Positions 1-9,213 of a stretch of 34,318 nt of DNA are shown here, piece by piece. The translations under genes were made by a program, and so were the position numbers. Positions within the stretch are counted from its first letter, which is position 1; each line of letters begins with the position of its first letter. The notes beneath the pieces were generated by a model that saw only the letters and a list, made by a program, of their open reading frames with translations, was not told the origin of the DNA and ran no database searches. The DNA comes from a virus (taxonomy: Duplodnaviria; Caudoviricetes). The stretch is taken from the IMG/VR virus record IMGVR_UViG_3300037461_001343, positions 1-34,318 of that record; one strand, given 5' to 3'.

Positions 1-1
1 C

Positions 2-376
2 TCTCAAGTCACCCAGACCTCAAACTATCTGGACTATCTTGATTCCCAAATCCAACTCGCTAACCAAGAAATTCAACGACTCCAAAAACACAAGCAAGAC
101 CTACAACTTAAACAGCAACGCGTCCTAGACCTCGCCGCTCAAACCATGACACAAAACTCCCTCACCTTACTTCTAGGTGAGCTAGGACGGAAATTCACCC
201 TCCACCTCTCTCAGTCCGTTCAATGCCTCGCTGATCCACACAGCCTACCACCACGGTATCAAAGAATTAAAATCACCGTCGAACCCGACAAGGTTGAGCT
301 CAAAAAAGCCCTCCTCGACGGTACACAGATCCCAGGATGTTGCATCGTGGTAAACACCAGCGCCTCCTGGAAATAA
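2..376 (+). CDS. Siphovirus Gp157-like protein, 5'-truncated by window edge
   Basis: The frame is open from position 2 (SQVTQTSNYLDYLDSQIQLANQEIQRLQKHKQDLQLKQQR..., coiled coil) into the track ORF. The C-terminus PDKVELKKALLDGTQIPGC matches the Gp157 pattern DKxxIKxALKxGxxIPGA. Confidence 0.75.
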   Translation, partial: SQVTQTSNYLDYLDSQIQLANQEIQRLQKHKQDLQLKQQRVLDLAAQTMTQNSLTLLLGELGRKFTLHLSQSVQCLADPHSLPPRYQRIKITVEPDKVELKKALLDGTQIPGCCIVVNTSASWK

Positions 377-426
377 GATCCTTAATCTCCTTGCCCTTAA
401 AGAGGCTACTGTGATCTCATCAGGAA

Positions 427-840
427 GTGGGTGAGCAATATACATATACACAGCTTGCGATGGACCGTTCAGATCCACTTGGGAACTCTCTTGATAACCA
501 GGCCAGGCGTGCTCTTCACACAAAAGTCACCAACCTACCCTCCGAAAGTATCCCCTTCTCCCTCGTCGAAGCCGGTGACCCTGTCCTCAGAAACGTCGAT
601 ATCTCCCTCGCTAACACTGAATACGCCGTCCCACTCACTGATAATGCTAAGCGGTTTCTACTCCGATCCAGACTCCCTGCCAAACTCCAGTTGTCATTTA
701 ATATAGGAGAGTCCGGAACCACTTATCTCACCATACCGCCAGCAGCAATCTACACAGAGACAGGAATTCTCGTCCTATCGAAAACAATGTATATTCAAAG
801 CTCAAAACCAACTACACTGGAATTACTCGAATGGATTTAA
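427..840 (+). CDS. Putative virion structural protein (small beta-sandwich)
   Basis: 137-aa ORF with a beta-strand-rich C-terminal ~85 aa loosely patterned like 865..1521 and 1916..2227. The start could be ATG 460. Confidence 0.5.
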   Translation: MGEQYTYTQLAMDRSDPLGNSLDNQARRALHTKVTNLPSESIPFSLVEAGDPVLRNVDISLANTEYAVPLTDNAKRFLLRSRLPAKLQLSFNIGESGTTYLTIPPAAIYTETGILVLSKTMYIQSSKPTTLELLEWI

Positions 841-864
841 ATGAACACCTAGGAGGTTATTAAT

Positions 865-1521
865 ATGTCTAGTCTAAACATCGCAGAACTACTGTTTGAT
901 CCTGCCAACGCGTCTACCTCTCCCACCGTCGGTGGATACATGCTAGATGCCTCTGGCAATCTCATCACCTCTGGTGGCGTCGGCGCCGATGCAATCTCTA
1001 GCGCCGGCATTCAAGCCACAGACGTTCGATCCTTTCTCTTCGGTTGGAATGGAACGACCTGGGATCGCGTGCAAATTAGCTCTGGAGCTCTCGTTGTTAC
1101 CTTCCCCACTGTGGCCGATGACGCCGTAGATTCAGGGAATCCACTCAAAGTAGGATCCAAAGGACTAGGTGGAGCACTCGCCGCTCTCTCCGCTTCCGGA
1201 GATCGCGCTGACCTCATCTCCGATCTCTATCGACGAGTCTATATCAATGATTCACCAAATATCGCCATGGACTGCCAGCAAATCACCGTCGGCGCAACTG
1301 CTGCACAAATAGACGCTACTCCCCTGGCTGGACGACGTCGCGCTATCCTGCAAAACCAAAGCCAAAAGTATATATTCGTCGGTCCCTCTGGTGTGACGGC
1401 TTCCTCTGGAATCAAACTTGCTCCAGGTAGCTCTCTCACTTTGGAAATCGGACAGGATGTTCCCATCTATGCAATCTCAACAGCAGCTGGACAGGAACTC
1501 CGATTCATGGAACTTGCATAA
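865..1521 (+). CDS. Putative virion structural/head appendage protein
   Basis: Strong RBS AGGAGG. Ala/Gly/Ser-rich, with a WNGTTWDR motif. The C-terminal domain is paralogous to 1916..2227. Confidence 0.6.
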   Translation: MSSLNIAELLFDPANASTSPTVGGYMLDASGNLITSGGVGADAISSAGIQATDVRSFLFGWNGTTWDRVQISSGALVVTFPTVADDAVDSGNPLKVGSKGLGGALAALSASGDRADLISDLYRRVYINDSPNIAMDCQQITVGATAAQIDATPLAGRRRAILQNQSQKYIFVGPSGVTASSGIKLAPGSSLTLEIGQDVPIYAISTAAGQELRFMELA

Positions 1522-1529
1522 AACTTACT

Positions 1530-1654
1530 CCACTCGGCGGGGGGGAAACATACCTACCACTTCCGTTCCCCCCACCCTAGATCACGCATCTTCGTTATCG
1601 TTCCGGTTTGGTCACAGGCATCAGGTCCTTTTCCGATAACCCCCCCCCGAGTGG
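1530..1654 (+). other. Structured intergenic element (nested inverted repeats)
   Basis: CCACTCGG(C)GGGGGGG 1530-1545 pairs with CCCCCCCCCGAGTGG 1640-1654. Inner GTTATCG 1594-1600 pairs with CGATAAC 1634-1640. An alternative pairing of 1539-1549 with GTTCCCCCC 1565-1573 is possible. Confidence 0.5.
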
Positions 1655-1706
1655 TCCTTGTCTAATCTCCTTAAATCATACAAACTCAAAATAAAAGGGG
1701 GAAAAT

Positions 1707-1919
1707 ATGGAAAAAAAAGAAGCAGACATCGCTCGTGTCCTACTAACGTCTCTTAATAAAGCAGAATTCAAAAACCTCTCAGGACCCGAACTCATCCAAT
1801 ACGCCCAGAGCTATCAGTGGCTGGCTAATAAAATCAAAGAAATCGAAAACCCACCAGCAGCAGAAACACCCAAAACAACTGAATCCAAAACCGTTTCCAT
1901 GAGAGAACCTAAAAAATGA
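1707..1919 (+). CDS. Small hypothetical protein
   Basis: RBS AAGGGGG; ATGA overlap with the next gene; helical 70-aa product. Confidence 0.65.
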   Translation: MEKKEADIARVLLTSLNKAEFKNLSGPELIQYAQSYQWLANKIKEIENPPAAETPKTTESKTVSMREPKK

Positions 1920-2227
1920 CCAGTCTCTCCTATGATCCAGATCGCGCTGACGTTGATAACACCGCCTATGTGCAGGGAACCCTCAGCGTCTCAACATCCG
2001 CCGTTGAAGCCAAAGTTTCTACCTCCGCACTCTCAAACAGACAATCTGTCCTCGTGTATAACTCCTCTAATGCTACTATCTATGCCGGACCCTTAGGAGT
2101 GACCACCTCAACCGGAATCGCAATCTTCAAAAACCAATTCTTCTCTCTACCACTCGGACAGTCTAACCCCCTGTATCTCATCGCAGCCTCTGGATCCAAT
2201 ACCGTCGTCATCGGAGAAATTGCATGA
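1916..2227 (+). CDS. Putative virion structural protein, paralog of 865..1521 C-terminal domain
   Basis: NRQSVLVYNSSNATIYAGPLGVTTSTGIAI...LYLIAASG...IGEIA aligns with GRRRAILQNQSQKYIFVGPSGVTASSGIKL...IYAISTAAG...FMELA. Confidence 0.65.
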   Translation: MTSLSYDPDRADVDNTAYVQGTLSVSTSAVEAKVSTSALSNRQSVLVYNSSNATIYAGPLGVTTSTGIAIFKNQFFSLPLGQSNPLYLIAASGSNTVVIGEIA

Positions 2228-3006
2228 TCTATCGCTCCCCGGTCGCTCGCGAAGTCTTCTTCGATAACACCGCACAAAGTCTCCTCGCGTCCACAGCCCA
2301 AGACGCTATCATCGAAAATAGACAGCTCGTCGGTTGGGATCCTGAATTCATCACCACTTCCGCCTCCGGGACCTCAACCCTGATCAACACAAGCAAAACA
2401 CTCCAAATCGTCACAGGCTCAGCATCCGGACATTCCGTCGTCCTGCCTAATGCCACAACACTCTACAACGGACGAAAATTCGAAATTGTTAACAAATCAT
2501 CCCAACCCATCTCTATCAAAGATGGGTCCAGTACCTTACTCTTCAATCTCAACCCAGACTCCGTTGGAGGACTCACCCTCCAAAGTAATTCCTCCACCGC
2601 TGGCCTCTGGATCTCCGTCATCGTCTCAACCATCGCCTCTGGAATCCAAAGCTACAATATTATCTCTAGTACTACATTCACTACCACCTCTACCACTGAT
2701 GTACTCATCACAGGCTTTCAAATCACTCCACTCTCAGGCACCTATGCCATTTGGTATTCCGCAAGTTGCCTGGTCACAAAAACACCCTATACTCATTGGT
2801 GGTCCATCTATAGAGCTGGAACAAAAATAGCTGATTCTGAACGCTCTCAAGATACTGCCCACTCTAATCAAACAATGTCCGATATGACTCAAAGCATAGT
2901 ATCCCTCAATGGCTCACAAACCTGCGACATCCGCGTCCGTGTACAATCCACAGGATCTCTTTCTGTCTATCAAAGAAGTCTACTCTTCATTAGACTCGGA
3001 GTTTAA
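2224..3006 (+). CDS. Fibre/spike-like protein with C-terminal C1q/BclA-like (TNF-like) domain
   Basis: Ser/Thr-rich. Has a VVLPNA...GRKFEIVN fibre module and a C-terminal GTYAIWYS...SLNGSQTCDIRV...RSLLFIRLG pattern typical of trimeric jelly-roll tips. Confidence 0.55.
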   Translation: MIYRSPVAREVFFDNTAQSLLASTAQDAIIENRQLVGWDPEFITTSASGTSTLINTSKTLQIVTGSASGHSVVLPNATTLYNGRKFEIVNKSSQPISIKDGSSTLLFNLNPDSVGGLTLQSNSSTAGLWISVIVSTIASGIQSYNIISSTTFTTTSTTDVLITGFQITPLSGTYAIWYSASCLVTKTPYTHWWSIYRAGTKIADSERSQDTAHSNQTMSDMTQSIVSLNGSQTCDIRVRVQSTGSLSVYQRSLLFIRLGV

Positions 3007-3009
3007 AAT

Positions 3010-3789
3010 ATGACCTCCTACCAGTACTCTAAAACAGTTAACGTCGATCGACTCACTCTTGAAATTAATACTTCCACTATCATCACAGCTCTGGAATCCA
3101 TTTCCGCCCTCGGAACTGAAATCACTATTAATTTTAAAGCCGATCTTTCCACCGCCGACAAAGCAACCCTTGATACCATCGTCGCCAATCACGTCCCAAA
3201 TCCACTACCCTCCGCACCAGAAATCCAAGTCGATGATCAAAATGCTCAACTCGTTCGACTCAAATTCGCTACCGTTGGATGGACCTATCTAGAACGATGC
3301 TTCAATCTCCAAACCTCTAACCTCCTTTGGTCCAACTTCAATCCCGCTGGTCAAGACATGAATGATCTTGTGATCAAACTCTTCGACTCCACAGGAGCCC
3401 TACTCAACGTCTACTCCAGCGGAGTCCCCGTCCCAAATGACCCTTCCTATGCCAATACCGTCGTCACTCAACTCGATTTTGAACCCAACTATGATTATGA
3501 ACTCATCGGAGGCTACTTCATCCAAGATCAAACGCCCACTAGTGATGTCTTTATACACCTTGTGGCCGTTCCAGATATCCCAAGTACGTACGGAGGGACA
3601 AAGATCATGTTACAAAATTTTAACTTGAAGTATTTCTCCCAACTATCGAAAATCACTGCAGATGGACGAACCTCAAAAAGGTTAACGTACAGCAGCACTT
3701 ATCACACTAACAAGTTGCGTCTAACTATTCGGCATGCCGCAGGGCTTCAACATAATCTACTTATAGGAGTGCAATACTTTAAAGCATGA
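3010..3789 (+). CDS. Hypothetical protein, possibly fibre-associated structural protein/chaperone
   Basis: 259-aa ORF tightly coupled to its neighbours. Function inferred from position only. Confidence 0.45.
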   Translation: MTSYQYSKTVNVDRLTLEINTSTIITALESISALGTEITINFKADLSTADKATLDTIVANHVPNPLPSAPEIQVDDQNAQLVRLKFATVGWTYLERCFNLQTSNLLWSNFNPAGQDMNDLVIKLFDSTGALLNVYSSGVPVPNDPSYANTVVTQLDFEPNYDYELIGGYFIQDQTPTSDVFIHLVAVPDIPSTYGGTKIMLQNFNLKYFSQLSKITADGRTSKRLTYSSTYHTNKLRLTIRHAAGLQHNLLIGVQYFKA

Positions 3790-4346
3790 AATACACCTTG
3801 ATTCTTTGTAACAACCGGAAGCTCATCTATTCCCTCCAGGCCTTTGTCATCCGACTCGTCGAGGGAACACCATTCAACCACGCCTCTATCCTTTGCTCTA
3901 GTGACACAGAGCAATGGGTCTATGAAGCTAACTGGCCGTTCTCTCGGAAAGTCTCCTACGACGAGTGGCTCAAGACCTATGCCCCCTATGTCATGTACGA
4001 ATTGCCCGTGGAGGAAAGTAAGCAACGCCTCGCCCTGTCTTGGCTCAATATCCAAGTCGGAAAACCCTATAGTCTTTGGCAGGACGTTATCATCGGATTC
4101 TGCCAGCTCTTCCCACCCATCGGACGCATTCTGGCAGCAACATCCAACGAATGCCTTAAGGTCACGACAAACTGCACCGAGCACTGTGCTCGTTTTTTGA
4201 ATCTCATTTTTGACACACAATTTTGTGTCCCTTACGATCTAATTGGTTTAAATGAACTTTATGACGTCATCAGAAAAGAAAGCTTCGGAAGTCGCGGCGC
4301 TGTCGGATTCCAAGAAGAAAAACAAGAAAGTCCTCAAGGCACTTGA
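3786..4346 (+). CDS. Permuted papain-like (NlpC/P60, YiiX/YaeF-type) amidase/peptidase
   Basis: His-before-Cys order: PFNHASI...VYEA...QVGKPY...NCTEHCA. Confidence 0.75.
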   Translation: MKYTLILCNNRKLIYSLQAFVIRLVEGTPFNHASILCSSDTEQWVYEANWPFSRKVSYDEWLKTYAPYVMYELPVEESKQRLALSWLNIQVGKPYSLWQDVIIGFCQLFPPIGRILAATSNECLKVTTNCTEHCARFLNLIFDTQFCVPYDLIGLNELYDVIRKESFGSRGAVGFQEEKQESPQGT

Positions 4347-4890
4347 TTTTACAATCAAGCCTGCGCAAAACGACTGGAAGCCTAAGGGGCCTCGTAAAAA
4401 AGTCTGGAATCAAATAGACAAAGACGAATTCGAACGACTCGTCTTTGACGGAAACACTTGCGACGATATCGCCTACCACTTCGCTCGCAAAATGAATCAT
4501 AAAAAAGAAAGACTCCACTACTCGACACTGGACTTTTTTTGTAAACGCACCTATGGCAAAAAGTTTCGCGAAGTCCAGCAAGACCTTCGCGGAGTCACTC
4601 GCGTCGCTCTTCGAAACAAAGTGATGAATCTAGCTTTGCAGGAAAACCACGAATGGAGTCTCAAAAAAGTCACCAACGAGTTTCTAGGTTGGTCTGAGAA
4701 AATGGATCTCAACATTTCCGGAGAACTCACTAATGTCGAATTCCGTACAGCCTGGGCCCGTGACGTCACGCCGATTCACACTGAGGCTCTACCAGCCCCA
4801 TCCACTTCAGAGGGAAATGCACAACAGCCAGAAGCGCTTCAGGATAGCTGCATTCGGGCGGCAATCGGGAAAGAGCACCTGGGCAATTAA
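4252..4890 (+). CDS. Putative terminase small subunit
   Basis: HTH-like IDKDEFERL...TCDDIAYHF...CKRTYGKKFREV...ALRNK...FLGWSEK, immediately upstream of and overlapping TerL. The start may be 4261. Confidence 0.65.
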   Translation: MNFMTSSEKKASEVAALSDSKKKNKKVLKALDFTIKPAQNDWKPKGPRKKVWNQIDKDEFERLVFDGNTCDDIAYHFARKMNHKKERLHYSTLDFFCKRTYGKKFREVQQDLRGVTRVALRNKVMNLALQENHEWSLKKVTNEFLGWSEKMDLNISGELTNVEFRTAWARDVTPIHTEALPAPSTSEGNAQQPEALQDSCIRAAIGKEHLGN

Positions 4891-6091
4891 CGAGATCCTT
4901 CATCAGGCTTGGACTCATCCCTATACAAACAACTGGTTTATCGCGCCCACCTATGACCAGGCCCTCGTCATCTATCGACGCATGAAGTACCAACTCATGA
5001 ATTGCCGTGGTTGCCTGGAAAAGAAACCCAACGACTCCGAACTCCGTTTTGACTTTATTAACGGCTCATTCATCCAATTTAAATCCGGGCACAACTTCGA
5101 TTCCCTCCGTGTCGAGACACTCCACTTCGTGATCATCGATGAGGTCCGAGACCAGTCCAAAGACCTTTGGCCCATGATCATCCGCCCGATGCTCACCACT
5201 ACCATGGGACGGGCCGGATTCATTTCCACGCCCGCTGGCTTCGATCACTTCTATGACCTCTTTGAAGAGGCCCGTGCCAACCCATTCGAGTGGGATCACT
5301 TCCAAGCCCCCTCTACGGTCAATCCCCTCATCACCCACAAAGAAATGGAAGCCGCCCGTAGATTCGTCACGGAAGCTCAATACCGGCAAGAATACCTGGC
5401 CGAGTTCTGCGACATCACAGCCGACAAGGTTTATATCAACCACGGGACCCACAACCACATGCTCCACTCACCATTTTGTCACACAAACTTGATCCACCCC
5501 CTCCTCCCCGTGATCATCGGCATGGACTTCAACATCTCCCCCATGGCCTGGACTTTGGGCCAGAAGCGGGGCGACATATTCTATTGGTTTGACGAGCTCC
5601 ACATAGAATCAGCCAACACCCAAATAGCTGCCGAAGTCCTCGCTCAAAAGGTCAAAGCGCTGAATCTGAAGCATGGTGCGGTCATCGTGGGAGATGCCAC
5701 TGGCCGGGCATCTCAACGCGCTGCCCACGGCCAAAGCGACTACGATATCGTCTGCCAAGCCTTGGATCGGGCTGGGATCCCCTGGCAGAATCTCACGCCT
5801 CAATCTAACCCGCCCGTGATGGATCGGATCAATACCGTCAACGCAAAGCTCCTCAATGCCGCCGGCGAGGCTTCACTTTACTATCACCCGATCAATTGCC
5901 CATACTTGAAGAAAGACTTTGAGCGAGTGACCTGGAAGAAAACATCCACAAGCTCCGCGATACTCGACCAGAGCTCAGACCCAATGTTGACACACCACTC
6001 TGATTCAGTAGGCTATGCTGTATGCGCCCTGTCTCCGCTCATCTATCAAGCGAGTATGCCGATACTTAAAGTCATCACTAGGAGAACATGA
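4733..6091 (+). CDS. terL: Terminase large subunit
   Basis: Walker A GRQSGKS, Walker B VIIDE, motif III ISTP, nuclease motifs GMDFN, GDATG and HHSDSVGY. Confidence 0.95.
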   Translation: MSNSVQPGPVTSRRFTLRLYQPHPLQREMHNSQKRFRIAAFGRQSGKSTWAINEILHQAWTHPYTNNWFIAPTYDQALVIYRRMKYQLMNCRGCLEKKPNDSELRFDFINGSFIQFKSGHNFDSLRVETLHFVIIDEVRDQSKDLWPMIIRPMLTTTMGRAGFISTPAGFDHFYDLFEEARANPFEWDHFQAPSTVNPLITHKEMEAARRFVTEAQYRQEYLAEFCDITADKVYINHGTHNHMLHSPFCHTNLIHPLLPVIIGMDFNISPMAWTLGQKRGDIFYWFDELHIESANTQIAAEVLAQKVKALNLKHGAVIVGDATGRASQRAAHGQSDYDIVCQALDRAGIPWQNLTPQSNPPVMDRINTVNAKLLNAAGEASLYYHPINCPYLKKDFERVTWKKTSTSSAILDQSSDPMLTHHSDSVGYAVCALSPLIYQASMPILKVITRRT

Positions 6092-7191
6092 AAAACCTTT
6101 CTCAATCTTCTCGGTACAAAAAATTCACCCATGATCGAGACGCTGCTTCAGAACTCATCTTGCAAAACACACACCGACGCATCACAGAAATCCTAGACCA
6201 CGCCTTCAGTGAACTGATCGTCATGGTCAAAACCTACTATCCGGATTCGCTCAAGCACTACAAGCCCCTGCGCTTAAAACTTCAATTCTTCGATGAGCTT
6301 TTTGATCGCACTTTACATCCATTGGGTGATCTCATTAGTAGGGAAATCATCCGGATGAGATACAAAGTCCTCACACTGGCCTATCACTCAGAGAATGAGG
6401 CCATCCGACAAAGCGCCAGCCCTCAGTCTTTTCCAAAGCTCTCTCCCAGTGATCTTCACACTCTTTGTCAAAATCAATTCAAAGACGTGTCTAACCAAAT
6501 CACTTTGGAGCTGGCTCGTTTGCGTCACTCCCTATCCGCCAAAATAGGAATTTCCCTGATGAACGATGAGCCCACAGAAAAAGCCGTTGGAAGAGTCTTT
6601 GCTGCTTTGCCAAAGAAAAAACCCCTGCCAGACAAGCTACACCTGAAAAGAGTAAAACACATCGAAGCCCCGCGACCACCGCAGATCTTCACGCAATTCC
6701 TCGACAAGGCTCTTGCTGAGCAAATTATCAATGACTATACATCTAAATATATATTCACAGACAGAAGCCCTGAAAATGTGTTTGATATAATCAACCCATT
6801 CACCGATACGAGATATATTAACAAGTACCAATCAAAAGATGCGGTCTATGGTTGGCAAGTAGAGCAAGAAATCACTCATGACTTTGTTTCACAAGTGCGA
6901 TCCGGCCAAATTGCCGCAGCTCGCGATGCTGGGATCAAAGATTTCATGTGGCTTGCTGTGCTCGATAGCAAAACGTGTGAAATGTGTTGTGCTTGGCGCG
7001 ACGGGTTGACGAGTTCTGAGATTTTAGATAAACTTAACAAAGATAAAGATTTGAAGGCTGCCTGCAGCGCTCTCGTCCCTCCCGCCCACATGAATTGCAG
7101 ATGCACGCCAGTACCAGCGACAGACGATATTGAATACGACCTCTCAGACGACGCAAAGGATTTCCACGAATGGCTTTATCAGAATTCCTAG
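6088..7191 (+). CDS. Head morphogenesis protein (SPP1 gp7/MuF-like)
   Basis: C-terminal WLAVLDSKTCEMC...DG...PPAHMNCRC signature. Confidence 0.85.
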   Translation: MKNLSQSSRYKKFTHDRDAASELILQNTHRRITEILDHAFSELIVMVKTYYPDSLKHYKPLRLKLQFFDELFDRTLHPLGDLISREIIRMRYKVLTLAYHSENEAIRQSASPQSFPKLSPSDLHTLCQNQFKDVSNQITLELARLRHSLSAKIGISLMNDEPTEKAVGRVFAALPKKKPLPDKLHLKRVKHIEAPRPPQIFTQFLDKALAEQIINDYTSKYIFTDRSPENVFDIINPFTDTRYINKYQSKDAVYGWQVEQEITHDFVSQVRSGQIAAARDAGIKDFMWLAVLDSKTCEMCCAWRDGLTSSEILDKLNKDKDLKAACSALVPPAHMNCRCTPVPATDDIEYDLSDDAKDFHEWLYQNS

Positions 7192-8867
7192 AAGACTCGT
7201 TCTTAAAAGATTCTGCCGACCACAAAAGCTCCGTACTAGTTAACAAAGGCTTAAAATTCGATTCTCGGTACAAAGACGAATATCCAGATCCAGGTATCGG
7301 ACTGGATCCGTCATTGAGCTCTACTGAAGATCTTGTGCGGCACCTAGAGTCTACGAGCGATGAAATAGATGCCGCCGTGTGGGCGGTGGGTCCAGCAGGC
7401 CCAAAACTTGTACGAATGGCTAAAAAGGAATTCATCGAAGCCTTTCGGTCTGAGAAGCCCCGCCTCAAAGAGGGGGTGGACTGGTTTGCTGCTGACTACT
7501 ATCCCTCGACCAAAGTCGGGGTGGACTATGTCCCCTTGCTTGGGGGCCCCTTCTTTCGCCAGCAGTACATCTATGACATGCTCAAAGGTCACCAGCAGGC
7601 CTTCTTCGCCTATCACCACGACCCCTTTTGTCGCCAGGCTGTGAACATTATCAATGACTTTACCCTCGGCAAAGGATTCCGAGCGGACTGTGATGATCCT
7701 ACTGGACAGATCCTTTGGGATGCCTTTGCAAAAACAAACTTCCTCGATCAATTCATGCGGTACGTGAATACCGAGATGACACTCTTTGGCGAAGCGCTTG
7801 TATGGACGCTGCCGGACCTAGAGAGTTCATTCCGGCACAATGTACCTGCTGAGCAGGCGGCCCAGCGCGGTCTTCTTCCCCGCGTGAGACTCATTGATCC
7901 ATCAACATGTTGGGAGATTGTCACCTATCCGGAGGACCTGACTCCAGGTGGTGTGCTGCATTATCAGCTGGTGTACCCGACTCAATATCAGATGTACACG
8001 GGCCAAGATAAGGGCAAGCAAGTCCCATCGACGAAGTATATTTTCCGGCAAGTCCCAGCCCCTCAAGTGAAGCACTACAAGATCAATGTGGTTTCAGATG
8101 AGAAGCGTGGGAGATCCGAATTCTATCCCGTCTTTGGGTACCTGAAGCGCCTACGAGACGCGATCAACTTCAATATCATGGGGCTCATGAAGGCTTCTGC
8201 CTGGTCTATTGACACAACCATCGATGGGTCACAAGCCGACATTGACGCATATCAGGCTGCCGTTCAGTCTCTGGGTGACTATCCCCCTCCAGGATCCGAG
8301 TTCATTCACTCAAACAAAGTGAAGAGAGAGTATCTGTCTTCCGATGGATCTGGAGCCCGCAAGTCTGAGGCCTTTGAGTGGGTCCTCTCTTGCATTTGCT
8401 CAGGGTTGGGAATCCCGCTCCAGTACTTCTGTACCCATCTCACATCGGGCTCCTCACGCGCTGGAGCAATCGTTGCGACGGAGCCTGTGGCCAAGAAGTT
8501 TGAGATGCGACAGGAAATCCTGAAAACAGTCCTGCAAAACATGGCAGACGACCTCTTCGAACTTTACAATATCAAGTGTTCAATCGAATTCACCTTCCCG
8601 GAGATCATCACGCAAGACCGCTCAGCCAAGCTCAAGGACCTCAGCCTGGCTGCCGCTGAAGGTTGGATCTCCAGCCAACGGGCGGCAGAGATTGCCTCCC
8701 AGGAATTAGGGATCAAGGACTTTGATTTTGAGTTGGAGAGAGCTCAAATTGAGAAAGAAAAACTACAAGGCATAATCCCGGCACAGGCTGCGCCCTTAAC
8801 TACGCCGGCGGGTTTCATGAATATGCCACCTTCTGAGGAATTATCAGTGAGGCAGACTAGTGAGTGA
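7170..8867 (+). CDS. Portal protein
   Basis: 565 aa, in the head module. Motifs include TLFGEALV, KRGRSEF...YLKRL, ICSGLGIP, EFTFPEI and GWISSQRA, all consistent with portals. Confidence 0.8.
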   Translation: MALSEFLEDSFLKDSADHKSSVLVNKGLKFDSRYKDEYPDPGIGLDPSLSSTEDLVRHLESTSDEIDAAVWAVGPAGPKLVRMAKKEFIEAFRSEKPRLKEGVDWFAADYYPSTKVGVDYVPLLGGPFFRQQYIYDMLKGHQQAFFAYHHDPFCRQAVNIINDFTLGKGFRADCDDPTGQILWDAFAKTNFLDQFMRYVNTEMTLFGEALVWTLPDLESSFRHNVPAEQAAQRGLLPRVRLIDPSTCWEIVTYPEDLTPGGVLHYQLVYPTQYQMYTGQDKGKQVPSTKYIFRQVPAPQVKHYKINVVSDEKRGRSEFYPVFGYLKRLRDAINFNIMGLMKASAWSIDTTIDGSQADIDAYQAAVQSLGDYPPPGSEFIHSNKVKREYLSSDGSGARKSEAFEWVLSCICSGLGIPLQYFCTHLTSGSSRAGAIVATEPVAKKFEMRQEILKTVLQNMADDLFELYNIKCSIEFTFPEIITQDRSAKLKDLSLAAAEGWISSQRAAEIASQELGIKDFDFELERAQIEKEKLQGIIPAQAAPLTTPAGFMNMPPSEELSVRQTSE

Positions 8868-9213
8868 AATTCAATGGCAGGACCTAATTCGGAACCCATC
8901 TAAGTTTGGAGCTCCCACTTTTGAGGACTTCAAAAGGAATCGGTCCAAGTATCTCGGTCATGAAGAGGACACACTCCGATCAGCGGACATCGGATCCATC
9001 GTGTTTAAAAAGGGCCTCAAGAAGTACCGGTATGAGCTCGAAGGATACCGATGCCAGTCTTTGGAGGAAGTGGAGAGGGTGGCCAAATCACAAGGAATTG
9101 CGCTCTCAGACCTGGACTACCGGCCGGAGTTCATACCTCTGGGTGGAGGACAGGCGGAGATGCTCGTGAAGTTTATATCTAAACATGAACGTCAAAAGAG
9201 GAGTCAGATATGA
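8860..9213 (+). CDS. Hypothetical protein
   Basis: 117 aa, overlaps the portal stop and the protease start. RBS GAGG. Confidence 0.65.
   Translation: MSEIQWQDLIRNPSKFGAPTFEDFKRNRSKYLGHEEDTLRSADIGSIVFKKGLKKYRYELEGYRCQSLEEVERVAKSQGIALSDLDYRPEFIPLGGGQAEMLVKFISKHERQKRSQI

Noticed and set aside
1632-1639. TCCGATAA as sigma28 -10 element
   Set aside because: No TAAA-like -35 at proper spacing; better explained as a stem arm.
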